Of a stretch of 64,000 nucleotides of DNA, positions 1-13,337 are shown one piece after another; the first letter of the stretch is position 1; the number at the start of each line of letters is the position of its first letter. The position numbers and the translations under genes are program-made. The notes below the pieces were generated by a model. It was not told the origin of the DNA and searched no databases. It saw only the letters and a list, made by a program, of their open reading frames with translations. The DNA comes from the human T2T-CHM13v2.0 reference genome, Homo sapiens: assembly GCF_009914755.1 (NCBI RefSeq), contig NC_060925.1; one strand, 5' to 3'.

Positions 1-2745
1 GCTCAAACAGGTCATTGCTGAATGAATAATTCCCGAGTGATTCCTCCTTTGACTTCCTCTTTTTCCTTTCTCTTGATCTCCTCCTGCTAGGTGCTCTTTG
101 CTGCCTGACCCTCTTTCTCCTTCATCCTGGCTGTGGGCGTTCCCCAAAGCTCGGTTCTTGTTCCTGAATTCTCCTTCTGCCATCTGTATCCCTCATCCCA
201 CTCACTCACTCTCCTCGCTTCAATACTCACCTCCATCTCCCCTTTTTCCTTTTAATGTAATGTAAATAATTGTGTTCCTTTCATTAGCTTTTTACTTGCT
301 CTGAAACCTCTGTTCAACTGTGAGTTCCTTGAAAGCAAGGACTATGTTTGCCCCTTCAATACCCAGTTAGTTGTTCTAGGACCCAAGTATGTTCTTTGAG
401 GGCTCGTTGAAGACCTGCTTAGTGGATGAAGATTCAATATGCTTACCTCTTACTCCTGCCCAGGACAGACCTAGAAACCTGAGATCCAAGATGGACACTT
501 CGAAGGCGTTGTCTCAAACTGCTAGTCAATGAGGCTTTGGGAGGCTTCACCCCCGGGTGATTTAATGAGTCACAGTGGATCAATTAGCTGATTCTTTGGC
601 TCTACTTGAAAAAGCCTTTTGTGGCCACTCTGGGATCTCATTCGACTTGAGTGTGTGGGCGTGAGAAGAGGATGCAACTGAAATTTTTTTCAAGCAAGCA
701 AGCAATTTCATTTCAGGAGGCCTGCCTTCCCCCAACATGCTGGGCCAGTGAGGGACCTGCATGTCCCCAAGACAGCAGAACTGGTTTCCTGCCTCCCCCA
801 TCAGACTGCGAGGTCTTGAGGGCAGGACTGGAGTTGAAGTCATATTCCCAGCCTGGTGCCTGGTACATAGTAATTACTCTGCAAGTAGTTATTATACAAA
901 GAAAAGAAACCCAATCTTATGTGAGAGAAAATCTCTCTAGATCCTTCCCCAAGTCCAAAGAGAACAGAGGAACATACTCGCCCTCCTCTGACTTCCTCTT
1001 TTATCATGCTCTGTCCTTCACTGTCATCAACATAGCCTGGCCTAAAACTTTTCTTTTCTAGAAGCAGCTTTTCTAGAGCAATCTCATCTGACTCTGATTT
1101 CTTTTCTTCATGTCTCCTAACACTTCTGCACATCTCTTGCAGTGCAGCAGCTTGCATAATTGTGTTGTAAGCATCCTGAACTGGTCTGTCCCCAGGTGTG
1201 TGCCTTGTGTATGAGGGGCTTGGGGACTTGGGGGCACAGGGCATCCCCTACAGTCCTTGTCAGCCTGGGCACCCTGATATGGAGGGCTCTTGCTTTACCT
1301 TCCTTTCCATAGCCCAGCCCATGGCTCTGCATTCAACAAGTGCCCAATGATGCACTGACCGGCACATAGTCAGCATTCAATGAATAGCTATTAAACTAAA
1401 AAGAAACAATGTCAAACCCACTGCTCACAGAAAGGAAATGGGGGAAAGGGTAAAGGAATCCAATGTCAGCACCAAACCCACTCCCAGAAATGACCAGATT
1501 TTGAGATGAGTGAGAGAACCTAACAAGTCCACAAAGAAAAAACAGAACAAAACACTCTTCTGGATCCCCTGATGAGCTGCACAATTTCAGTGTTTATTTT
1601 CTGTCCCAAGAAACAATGTAACCATGCTTCCCTCTGGCGGTGCAAGGATCATGAGTTCAAATCTTGGCTTTATTATTTCTGTTTGGGTGACAATGGGTAA
1701 GTCACCTAACCTCAAACCTTCGTTTGTTTATTTACATATGGGGGATGACCATAAGTGTTGTGGTGAGGATGAAACATGGCAAAGCAGGTTGTGCCCTTGG
1801 CAGCTAGCAGGAGCTCAATAAGTAATGACCAGCGCATCCCAGTAAATGGGGATCAGAAAGGAGATGGAAGGGAGGGAGCTGAGTGCCAGCATAGGAATGT
1901 GGCTCATGGGAAAAAGAGGAGGAAGGGTTGTTGATGGGGCCTCCCCTGTGGCAGAAACCTCCTAGAGGACATTCCCCACGGGCTTGAAGAGAGGCCTGAC
2001 TCTTTGATATTTAAGGAAAGAGTGGGGATGTCTGGAAATTCTGCCCAGTGGCTTATCACTGTGGGGTTTCGGCCTCTGCTGTGGAGACCACACTCCCGGA
2101 GAATGGGTAGCTCTGTTCTGTGAAAGCATGAGAGCCAAGAACTTCTCCATGGGAGAAGCTGAGAATTACAGGATTCTAGAGATGGTTTAATACTGAGGAA
2201 AATGCAGCCCAGAGATGGAAAGTCACTTTTTCAAGGTCACACAGAAAACACATGGCATAGCCAAGACAAGAAATAAAAAATGAATAATAATGTCCAACAA
2301 CCAGTCAGAACAGATGACCTGGACTGAAGGGGAAGGTCAGGCCTGGGAGTGGTACAGAAGTGACACATGGGCTAAGCCAGCAGGAAGGGCACCAGAGGAA
2401 TAGGGCTCAGCAAGCTGCTCTGTGACAGTGCTGTCCTGGGTGGCTGTGTACTCTGTTTCATTTACTACATATAATAACAATAGGACTAGAAGCCATTATT
2501 AATCCCCATCTTGCTGATGTCAAACCTGAGGCACAGTTTAGATAATGTCCCAAGGTTTTAAAGCTAGAAAGTAAGGAAGCTAGAATGCAATTCAGGTTGG
2601 GTTGACAATAAAGCCTGCACTCCTTCTGCACAACTCTGCTCATTTCCAAGCCAGAGGCTATTCTACCATTTAAGGCCTCCCTTCCTCCCTGCATACCCTC
2701 AGTCCAGGCTCTCTGGAAGTATATGGAACACTTCATCACCCCTAA

Positions 2746-2850
2746 AACACACACACACACAAATGCATGCCCACGCACATACACATGCATGCACACACAC
2801 ACTCTATCCTAGTCCAAAAACAACACACATGCACACACACACACGCATAC
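2746..2850. repeat. Imperfect (CA)n simple repeat
   Basis: Interrupted CA/CATG runs. Confidence 0.85.
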
Positions 2851-5800
2851 TCTAAACTAGTAGGGACCTGGTAAGGCAGGAAGATGGCCGAATCCATTAG
2901 CATTACCAAGCACAGCACATATTTATGGCCCCAGTTACAGCCTTTGTCTCCTGCCACAGTGAAGGAGAGGGAATAGCGACAGGAATAGTTGTGTGCGGTG
3001 GGGTCTGAGTCCTCTGTAGCAATAACTACAAGATTAGAGATGTTAGCAAACCCGGGTGACGGCAGCTCTATTATAATGATAAATCTACAGCTTTATTTAG
3101 AAATAATGAGACTGGGGGCAGAAGATGCTAGGAGGGAAGAGCATGGTGATCTTAGCCAATTGAAGCTCTGGTTGGAGAGACAGTGGCAAACCTCTGGGAA
3201 TGCCCAGGAGACTATCAGGGGCCCTTGGGCAAGCCAGGCAGAAGGAGAGATGGGGGAAACAGCAGGGCAGTGCTTCCCAGGGCTGGAATGGGTGCAGTGA
3301 ACTCCCAAAATTTCCATCCTAGGCCTGAGTTTCTTAATTCCATGCAATGCGCGAGGCCTCCGACTGCCCTGCAGGCCCGGTTTGCTCTGGCTCTCCAGCC
3401 AGTGGGGCATGTTAGCTGCTGTGCTGCCCAGACTTCCCTCTGGAACAATCTGGGCTGGGGAGGTGAGTGTCCCTTGAGGCTTAAGATTTGCAATTAACAA
3501 AGAGCTAGACTCCTCGGATGTGTACCTCCCCTCCACTAGCCTTGAGCTCAGGGTTCTGTGGCTGTGAGAAAACAATGCAAATGTTTCAGGCTTTGGTACT
3601 TCAAGTCAAGCACCAGGGTGGGGGTGGGAACAAGGGACCTGCCTGGTGCCACCTGCCAGGGCCGAATCCGACTCTCCTGCACAAACTCAAGGAGCAACAC
3701 AGGCAGCATTCACATCACTTTGGTGAGCACAGAGCAACCTCCAAGTCCCCTTTCTCACGGTGCCTTTCCTTCTGCTCAGCATGCGGGTCACAGGCTCTCT
3801 GCTTTGGTCCAGACTACCTGATCGGGCTGGTTACCCCAGACACAAACCATCCCATTCACCTCTGAACACATGCACAGGCTGGGTCTCTCCCCACCAAGCC
3901 TGGCTCTAAGCCATTTTCTAAATACTACTTGAGCTGCTTCTCCTCCAAGAAGCCTTCCCAGGTTAACCCCATTCAATTCCAACTGCTTCTTTAATAGTCT
4001 TTTCCTTGGGTACCCATATATAGTTTTAATTGAATTAAGTAAGCCACTGGTCATTTAACAAGAAAGTACTGGGTTCTTACACTCAGCCCTGAGGGAAAAT
4101 ACAAGAGAAAGTCAAATGTGGGTCACAAGCCATTCCTGAGCCATTGGGAGGACTTTACAAGATAGAATATGACTCAGGATATAACTCGGGGATACAGAGA
4201 ACACACGGGAGAGGCAGCTGCTGTGAGACCAGGAGGCCACATGGAGGATGACGGCAGGTAGGCTCTGAAAGGTGGATTGGTTTGCACCAGGCAGAGAGGT
4301 GGGAACAGATCTGCCTGACATGGAGAACCTTGTTGGCAAAGGCAAGAGGCAGAAATGTCAGGTGTTTTTCAGAAGCTGCCAGATTCCTGAGCTCAGGTCC
4401 AAAGGGCAGCTCTGGGAATGGAATCAGACACATGGGAGAGATGGGAGCTGGCTGTTGGCTGCGCTCATCTCATCAGTACTGTCCCCCATTGTGCTGGTAT
4501 GGGAATTCATATATGCTTAGTGCTCTGTCATTCCTGGTGACTGTGATGACTTGGGTCTCCTTGGCCCCCAAATAATTAAAATTTGACAGCACCACATATA
4601 GGTACAAGCATCAGCCTTCTCGCACCTCTTCCCCCTCTTTTGCTTGAGTCCTTACCTGGCAGGGTGATGAGCCTGCTCCTGAGAACTCTACCTGCTGGTG
4701 GGGCTGTGGGTTGGAGGGTGGCAGGGGACTCACTTGAGAAGGAACATCCAGCTCAGACAGACGGTAAGACAGGCTGTCTGAGCATGGGTGGGGCTCTGCA
4801 GCTTGGGAAACTCCTGCACCTGGACTCCCTCTGCAACTGGCTGGAATGCTCCCCCTTCCTCTTGTCCTGTCGAGTTATTTATAACTGTCCTTCCCCACCT
4901 GATTTAGTTCTCCTCATCAAGGAGACCTTCACCAGCTGTCCTAACTCTAAGGATCCTGCAACCATACCCAGAGGATCGTATTTGCTGCTTTGCACTACCA
5001 GCTACTGCATGGACTTTTCCTGTCTCTGTAATTACATGACAAGTTTCTGTGGGTCAAAGAAGCTGTTTTCTACCCCAGCCCCACCCTCAACCCCATGCCT
5101 GGCACAGTGTTCTTAGGAGGAGGAGATGGAGGAGGGCTATAATGATACTAGTTGAGGATGATGAGGATGATGGTGATTTGTCCTATGCTCTTTGGTTGAT
5201 CTGCCCTTTTCAGAAGCCAGGTGGGGGAAGTGGGGATGGGACAAGGGCAGGACAGCCACGGGGTTCTTGGATATGGAAAGGTGCATCCAGGTGAGGAGTG
5301 TGCTTGGGCACAGACTGCCTGCCCCAGGCATGAGGCTTCCATTCATGCCTGGAGCCAAAGACACCAGATGGTGGGCTCTGGCAAGGAGCAAAGGAGGCTC
5401 CTAGAAGGGCTGGGCTGAGCTCTGCTTCCTGCAGCCCCTGGCCCTCACCCCTCTCCCTGGGTGGCAACCTCACTGTGAGGAGGACTGAGCTGCTTTTCTC
5501 TACCTGTCCAGTTACCATAATGAAGCCACAGCCTAAGGAGACCACAGGGAAGAGCTGCACCAAATGTAAACTTCAGAGTGATTTATGGAGTGGAGCGCTC
5601 AGGCCTGGGGCTGCCACAGAGCTGCTGTTCCAATCCGCCCTGTCTGCTCGCCCCGTCTGCCTGCTGGCCAGCCGGCTACTTATGTTCTTCTTAGGGATGA
5701 CATTTCAGGAAAGCAAAGGTGGGGGAGGTACTGAGCCATTGGGCTGGACTGGTCAAAGTCAGCACAAGCTATGAGAATGGCGTGTCCCCCAGACCCTTCC

Positions 5801-6439
5801 TGGGGCGTAAGCAGAGCCCACTAAGCTTTCTCTCTTTGAACAAAACAAGATTTATGCCCTTTGCACACCAGAGCAGGGCTGATTTTCCCAGCCCCTCTCT
5901 TCACAGGCTCAACACAGAGATATTGAGTATTGACTATCCAAGCGGGAGTCTGCAGACAGAGTGGGGTTGCCCCTCCTCAGAGATATAGTGGAGGAAATAT
6001 CCAGGTTGCCCCTCAACCTGTTAGCACTCAAGAGAGCAGATGCAAGGCCACTGGAGCTTGGAGGGAATGCCCCCACTGAGCTCTCAGTTGCCTGGGGGTG
6101 CTTAGAGAGAGGACACTAGCTATACCTGCAGGATGCAGCTACACAGCTTCCTCAACCCAGGGGACTGGAGCGAAGGGCTATGCCAGACCGAAGGGCTCCA
6201 GATGTGTCCTCTCCAGTTCTCTGTGCCAAACCTGTGCTCCCTTCTCTTAAAAGCCAACTTGAGCCCCAGCTCCTTGAAACCTTCCCTGATTAATTCCAGC
6301 TGGTTGCAAACAGCCCAGCACCCACCTCCTGTGTAGGTGTTAGTCAGGTCTCCTTTTGGGCTGGCCTCCCCCATCTCCCATACCTGACTGGGAAAACAAT
6401 GCCCAAGCAAAGGGACTCTGCTGTGTGTCGTCATTCGTG

Positions 6440-6813
6440 CTGTTCATTACATATGTCCAGCTCTCCTTCTGGGCACTCGGTAGGATTACTTTGCCCCTTC
6501 TCCCTTGATATTAGGAGTTACCGCGTGTCTTGTTCTAATGGGAGTGGAAGTGACGTGTCACTTCTGCGTGGAAGTTTTAATAAACAGTGCGTGATTTGCC
6601 ACTTCCTCTTCCTCCTGATGTTTAACTGTGGGGGCCCGTGTCTAAATGCAGCCTCTGTTGGCTTGGGTCCCCAGGTAACAAGGTGGAGCAGAGTCCCCAG
6701 TCCAGCTGCAAAGCACATGAAACATGAACAAGGCATAAACTTTGGTTGTCTAAAGCCACAAAATCCTCGGACTGTTTGCTGCTGCAGCATAGCCTAGTTC
6801 AGTCTGATTGATA
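6440..6813 (+). mobile_element. Old MLT1 (J/K/L-like) LTR
   Basis: GAAGTGACGTGTCACTTC core and 3' end ATAAACTTTGGTTGTCTAAAGCCAC...TGCAGCATAGCCTAG. Confidence 0.65.
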
Positions 6814-7134
6814 TGGCCTGTTTCAATTGCCTATGCCAAGTTTCTAATGCACATCAGTACTCTCAGTAGAAAGAACCACCCCAGAACATGCAACCAGAAG
6901 CCACAGATAAAAATTCCCTTCCCTTCCTAGCTACATGGGGACTCTGCTCTCTGCCATACCAACCTGGGGCAGAGTGCAAGGGTAGACTGGGCCACTGGGC
7001 AGTTTCCAGAGTCCCTCTTCACATCCCAAATGGCAAAGGCCCATTTGTCTCTAGGAAGTGAGGGTTTGGGGACATGTCCCACCCAACCCAGAACCACAAA
7101 TCCTCAAGAAGCCAAGGAACAGGGCTGTACTTAC

Positions 7135-7693
7135 ACTTGTGGCATATTGGATATCCTTCCAGATGGAGGTTTCCCGAGACAGGTCAGAGGCCTCAAAGAG
7201 GTTGTCCAGGATGACCTCGCCAATCATGTCATGGCGGGAGAAGCGGTCAAAGTCGAAGACACTGAGATGCAGCTTGCGGTCAGCCAGCTCCTCATAGGGC
7301 ACAGGGAAGTGGAAGTTCTCATCAAAGGTGGGGTTCAGGGTCTTGCGGTGCACCCGGGTCTGCAGCTTGCATTTGCGGTCAGGCAGGAGGTAGATCTTGA
7401 CATAAGGGTCAGAGCTTCCACAAAAGTCCTTGGCAGGGAGGTCAAAAGCCTTCAGGATACGCACAATCAGGGTCTCGGTCTCGTAATCGTAGCGTAGGCT
7501 GAAGTTGATCTTCCCGCAGCTCTTGGTGGCCTCAGACTTGGCATCCTCCCCATCCACCGACTTCTGCTTGTAGAGCTCAGGCTTGATGCGGCCAATGCTG
7601 GTGGGCTGCTCTGCTGCTGGTGGAAGCTCATTGCCATAGTCTACACTGGAGACATGCATCTGCCTTGGCAGGTGGCGCTTGAAGGACGTGTGC
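7135..7693 (-). CDS. SYT6: SYT6 coding exon 3 (linker and complete C2A domain, codons 171-357)
   Basis: Encodes [11 protein letters not shown]...[10 protein letters not shown]...[13 protein letters not shown]...[14 protein letters not shown]...IQYATS. The five C2 Ca2+-ligand Asp residues are present (D260, D266, D318, D320, D326). Acceptor ccag|G at 7694/7693, donor AGT|gtaagt at 7135/7134; 559 nt; cumulative 1071 nt. Confidence 0.97.
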
Positions 7694-8139
7694 CTGGTAG
7701 AGGGCAGGAGGGGGCAGAGGGAGTGTGGTCAGGGCTCAGGGGAAGGGGGATGAAGGCAAACACGAGCCTGGAGGCCCTGGCTCATCTTATCCCTTGTTGA
7801 GCCCCCTTTTCCTTCCTCTTCTTGACCCCACTTTTGCTCTGCATACACTTTGTGTGCAAGGTTGTGGTGAGCATTACATGTCTTAATATATGTAAAGTAG
7901 TTGGAATGGTGCCTGATATATAGTAAGCTCGATAAACTTTAGCCATTGTTATCATAATCACTTTTTCCTGCTTTTCTGTTACCTGCTTTCTAGGTTTACT
8001 TCCTAGTAGACATGACTCTGGTTTCCTTATTAAATCATGAGATTCCTTAAGAGAAGGACCATCCCTTCTTATCCTCAATGTGGCACCCACTTCATCACCA
8101 TCATCACCATCACCATTTGTTAAGCATTTGCTATACGGC

Positions 8140-8370
8140 AGGCAGCAGAGTGGTAAAAGCATGGGCTTTGGAGTTAGCCTGCATAGGTTAATTTTGGCTC
8201 TGTCACTTTCTAGCTGAGATCTTGGGAAAGTTATTTAACCTCTCTGTGCCATAAAAACGAGGATAATAAAAGTAACAGCTGCATAGGATTGCTGTGAAAT
8301 GAATTGATTACATATGAAGTGCTTAGAATAGAGCCAAGCATAATCATAAGCAATATATGTGTTAGCTCTC
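8140..8370 (+). mobile_element. MIR SINE
   Basis: Core GATCTTGGGAAAGTTATTTAACCTCTCTGTGCC. Confidence 0.75.
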
Positions 8371-9254
8371 CTTATCAATCACATTGATTCTTCCATTGGC
8401 TCCTCACAACTGCCATATAAAAGTCATCAGCCTTATTTTACAGTTGGAAAAAGTGAGTCTAAGGGAAGGTGAGGAACTTGCCCAAGGCCATATGACAGAC
8501 TGTCAGTGTGACCTCCCAGCATGTTCATTCCTGGCCTCCAGTCTGAAGACCAGGCCTCGTTCTCTTTTGTTGGTCCCCTGAGGGCCTGGAGAGCCATTGC
8601 AGGGACCTAGGAGTCCATCAGAGCCCTAAGTTTTGAGTAAATACAATGCCTTACGCATGCTTGCACCACATCTTTTAAAAGTGCTTCTGAATTTAGGGTA
8701 GGTTTTTGTCGTTATGTTTTTCTTGTTGCTATTTTCAGTTAAAGGATGCTGTATGTATTTACAGTTGTTGTCATGCAGGGAACTCTGAAAGGCTTTAAAG
8801 GAATCCTGATTCTCAAACTATTAAGATTCCCTTGCCTTATCTGCCATGTACTGCAGACTGTAGCTATCAGGCTTTACTGACATATCCCTAAACACACCAT
8901 GAACTCTTACATCTCTAGGCCTTTACTGTTCTCTTCCTTCTGCCTGAAGCCTTTCCTTCCAAACATCCAACACTCCCCTATTCCACTATTCCATTCCCCT
9001 CACACCCACACACACCCCAAGTGCAAACCACATATACAGCAACCCGCCTCAAAGGTTTCCCTTTCATGAAGTCTTTCCTGGTGCCCACCTCCTCATTGAT
9101 CACCCATCATGGCTCACATCATCTGACATATTTGTCAATCAAAGGATATGTGTTATTATTTCTGGTCTGTGATCCCCACAGGCTGGAATCCCATAGATGT
9201 ATTAAGGGAGTGTGGAGGTGTGGGGGTCAGGGAAGGGAGTGGTCCACTCCTCAC

Positions 9255-9603
9255 CTGGTGGATGACGCTGGCTCTGTAGTTTGCCGCTGCAGCCGGGTGT
9301 GACGCATGATGTGCTCCTTGACCGACATCTGCACCTCAGCTGGGATATCTGGGGACGTGTGGCTGATCTTCACGGCCGCCTCCAGGAAGCCCAGGGTGCT
9401 GGGGTCCTTCAGCTTGTCCGCCATGTTGCCTCTGAAGCTGGGGCTCTGGAGGGCTTCCAAGGGGGGATTAGCAGAAGAGGGACTGGAGGCCTCCTTGTTC
9501 CTCCAGGGCATCCAGCACAGCTTCCAAAAGAGAAAGAGAAAAACTGCCACCAGGGCCACGCCACACACAATAACTACAACTGCGAGGAGGCTGACAGAGG
9601 TGC
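9255..9603 (-). CDS. SYT6: SYT6 coding exon 2 (transmembrane helix and linker, codons 55-171)
   Basis: Encodes [31 protein letters not shown]...[10 protein letters not shown]...[11 protein letters not shown], typical of the SYT3/6/9/10 group. Acceptor cag|GC at 9604/9603, donor AG|gtgag at 9255/9254; 349 nt. Confidence 0.96.
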
Positions 9604-10321
9604 CTGCCCTCGGCATGAGCCAGGCAGGGAGGGACAGACAGACAGAGGCGGGGAGAAGCGGGTGAGGGTGTTGGAGGAGGGGGCACACGGAAGGGACAAA
9701 GACGGAAGAAGAGAGAAGAATGGTCATGAGAAAGCTGCCAGGTCAGAGGGAGAGGTGGTTTCAGGGTTGACTCTTGATTGTCCACTTGGTGGAGTATGTA
9801 CAGCCTTGTGTTCACCTCAATCTGATTCTTCCAGCATCATCCTCTCTCCCGCCCCCACCCCTATCCCCCCAGCCAGCTTGGGGAGCACCTGGGCTGTCCT
9901 CTCTACTGGCTATTGGCACGTGCACAGGGAAATGAAAATAATTTAAATAGCAGCCTAAGCAAATGTGCAAATTTGTGAAGGATTCATGTTGAGATGCTGT
10001 TTGAATTTCTATTAAAGCTGCTACTATGGCCAGACTTAGAGTCATTTTTGTCTACAGCCCACTTCCTTAACAGGGTGTGATACCTTGGGGGGCAGAGGCT
10101 GGCTAACTCATCCTCTTTTCTTCTTTATCCCATCCCCACTGAGCCCAAGACAGGAACTCAATAAACATTGAGTTGACTTCAAGTGAATGAGATTGAGCAT
10201 AATCTCTTTAAGGGCAAGGATTATGTTCTTCTGTACTCCCAGAACTCTGTGCATAGTAGGCTCAATAAATACTTCTATTAAGTTGGAATCTGATCTACAC
10301 AGTGCACTTCAAAGCTAAATA

Positions 10322-13300
10322 GAGGCACACTTCATTTTGCTATGCTTCACTTTATTGTGCTTCACAGATCCTGTATTTTTTACAAATTGAAGATTTGTGG
10401 CCACCCTGCCTTGAACAAGTCTTTCTGTGCCAGTTTTCCAACAGCATGTGCACATTTTGTGTCTGTCACGTTTTGTTAATTCTCACATTATTTCAAACTT
10501 TTAAATTACTATTATGGTTGTTATGGTGATCTATGATCTGTGATCAGTGATCTTGGATATTCCTATCGTCATTGTTTTGAGGCGTCCTGAGCTGCATCCA
10601 TGTAAGATGGCCAACCTAATTGATAAATGTTGTGTGTGTTCTGGCTGCTCCCCTGGCTGGCCATTCCTCTCCTTAGGCCTCTCTATTTGCTGAGGCACAA
10701 CAATATTGAAATTAGGCCAATTGATAACCTTACTTTGACTTCTAAGTGTTCAGGTCAAAGAAAGTGTCACATGACTCTCATTTTAAATCAAAAGCTAGAA
10801 ATAATGAAGCTTAGTGAGGATGGCATATCAAAAGCCAAGACAGGCCAAAAGCGAGGCATTTTGTGCCTCACAGCCAAGTTGTGAATGCAAAGAAAAAGAT
10901 CTTAAAGGAAATCAGAAGTGTTACTCCAGCAAACACACAAATGATAAGAAAGCAAAACAGTCTTATTGCTGATGTGAAGAGAGCTTTAGTGGTCTGGACA
11001 GAAGATCAAACCAGCCCCAACATTCTCTTAAGCCAAAGCCTAATCCAGAGCAAGACAGTACCTTTCTTTCATTCTATGAAGACTGAAAAAGGAGAGGAAG
11101 CTGCAGAAGAAACGTTTGAATCTAGCAGAGGTTGGTTCTTGAGGTTTAAGGAAAGAAGTCCTCTCCATAATGCAAAAGTTCAAAGATGAAGCAGCAAGTG
11201 CTGATGTAGAAACTGCAGTAAGTGATTCAGAAGATCTAACTAAGATAATTGATGAAGGTGACTACACTAAACAACACATTTTCAGAGTAGAAGAAATAGC
11301 CTTATATTGGAAGAAGATGCCACCTAGGGCTTTCATAGCTAGAAAGGGGAAGTCAATGCCTGGCTTCAAAATTTCAAAGGACAGGCTGACTCTCTTTTTA
11401 GGGGCTAACACAGCTGATGACTTTAAGATGAACCCAGTGCTTATTTACCATTCCAAAAATCCTACGGCCCTTAAGAATTATGCTCAATCTACTCTGCCTA
11501 TGCTCTAAAAATGGAAAAACAAAACCTGGATAATAGCATATCTGTTTAAGAATGGTTTACTGAATATTTTAAGCCCACTGTTGAGACTTACTGCTCAGAA
11601 GAAATGATTCCTTTCAAAATATTACTGCTCATTGACTATGCACCTAGTCACCCAAAGGCTCTGATGCAGATGTACAAGGAGATAAATGTTGTTTTCATGC
11701 CAGCTAAAACAACGTCCATTCTGCAGCCCATGGATCAAGGAGTAATTTCAACTTTCAAATCTTAGGCTTTAGCTGTCATAGACAGTGATTCCTCTGATGG
11801 ATCTGGGCAAAGTAAATTGAAAACTGTCTGAATAGGATTCACCATTCTTGATGCCATTAAGAACATTCATAATTCAGGGGAAAAGGTCAAAATATCAACA
11901 TTAACTGAAATTTAAAAGAAGTTGATTCCAAACATCGTGAATGGCTTTGAGGGGTTCAAGACCTCAGTGAAGGAAATAACTGCAGATGTGGTGGAAATAG
12001 CAAGAGAACCAGAATTAGAAGTGGAGCCTGAAGAATGGATGAGGAGTTGCTTCTTGTGGATGAGTAAATAAATTGTGGATGAGTAAATATTTTATCTTCT
12101 TGAGATAAAATATACTCCAGGTAAAGATGCTGTGAACATTGCTGAAATGACCACAAAGGACTTAGAATATTACATAACCTTAGTTGATAAAGCAGTGGCA
12201 GGGGTTGAGAGGATTGACTCCAATTTTGAAAGAAGTTCTACTATGGATAAAATGCTATCAGACAGCGGTGCATGCTACAGAGATATCTTTAGTGAAAGGA
12301 AAAGTCCATTGACGCAGCAAACTCACCGTTGTCTTATTTTAAGAAATTGCCACAGCCACTCCAGCCACCAGCAACCACCAAACTGGTCAGTCAGCAGCCA
12401 TCAACATCGAAGCAAGACCCTCCACCAGCAAAAAGAGATTAAGACTCACTGAAGGCTCATTTTTAGCAATTTAGCATTTTTTAGCAATCAAGCTTTTAAA
12501 ATTAAGGTGTATATATTGTTTTTGGGTGTAATTTTATTGCACACTTAATAGGCTACAGTATATTTTACACTGTATATGTGTATATATATAGGTAAATATA
12601 TTACAATGTATACTTTTTGTAAGGCTTTAGCTGCCATGGATAGTGATTCCTCTGATGGATCTGGGCAAAGTAAATTGAAAACCATATGAATAGGATTCAC
12701 CATTCTTGATGCCATTATATTTACAGTATATTACAGTATATTTTATACTGTGTGTATATGTATATATTCACATATATGTATATATACATATATGTATATA
12801 CTGTATACACTTAATAGACTACAGTATATTTTATACTATATATATTTTATTTAATTCTATTGTGCTATTCTAATAATTCTATTTCTTTTTATAAAATATA
12901 CTTTAGTCTATTAAGTGTACAATAGAATTACACAAAGTTATATATATGTTTACATGTGTACATATATAAATTACATATACTTATATGTATAAAAGTTTTA
13001 GATACATATATGTATATATAGTATAAAAGTAGTATAGTATAAAAGTTATGTGTGTATATATACATATATAGTATAAAAGTAGCACAGTTTAAAAGTTATA
13101 TATATCTATATATACATACATACATATGTATATATGTATAAGTTATATATAACTTATATGTGTATATATACATATAAGTTATATATAACTTATGTGCATG
13201 TGTGTGTGTGTGTGTATATATATATAACTTTTATATGCACTGGGAAACCAAAAAATTTGTGTGACTTGCTTTATTTTGATATGTGCTTTATTGCAGTAGT

Positions 13301-13337
13301 CTGTAACTGAACCTACAATATCTCCAAGGTATTTGTG
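10322..13337 (+). mobile_element. Tigger1 (Tc1/mariner-pogo) DNA transposon, both ends present, transposase broken
   Basis: TA dinucleotides flank degenerate TIRs (TA|GAGGCACACTTC...CCAAGGTATTTGTG|TA). ORF pieces 10627-11508 and 12132-12452 give CENP-B-like HTH and DDE pogo transposase motifs ([22 protein letters not shown]). Lengthened by an AT-rich expansion. Confidence 0.93.
12560..13235. repeat. AT-rich (TA)n/(TATG)n complex low-complexity expansion inside the Tigger1 3' end
   Basis: Long TA/TG runs interspersed with re-copied Tigger1 segments. Confidence 0.9.

Noticed and set aside
1627-1640. CTCF-like CCGCCAGAGGGAAG (minus strand)
   Set aside because: Lacks the key GGC core and borders a MIR; too weak to call.
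7051-7134. Hydrophobic C-terminal extension [14 protein letters not shown]... of the exon-3 ORF
   Set aside because: Read-through past a strong GTAAGT donor; no sequence evidence for a terminal exon.
9281-9946. 221-aa plus-strand ORF (also 7030-7497)
   Set aside because: Antisense shadows of SYT6 coding exons.
10627-12452. Possible domesticated TIGD-like transposase gene
   Set aside because: Multiple frameshifts, stops and deletions; an ordinary Tigger1 fossil.
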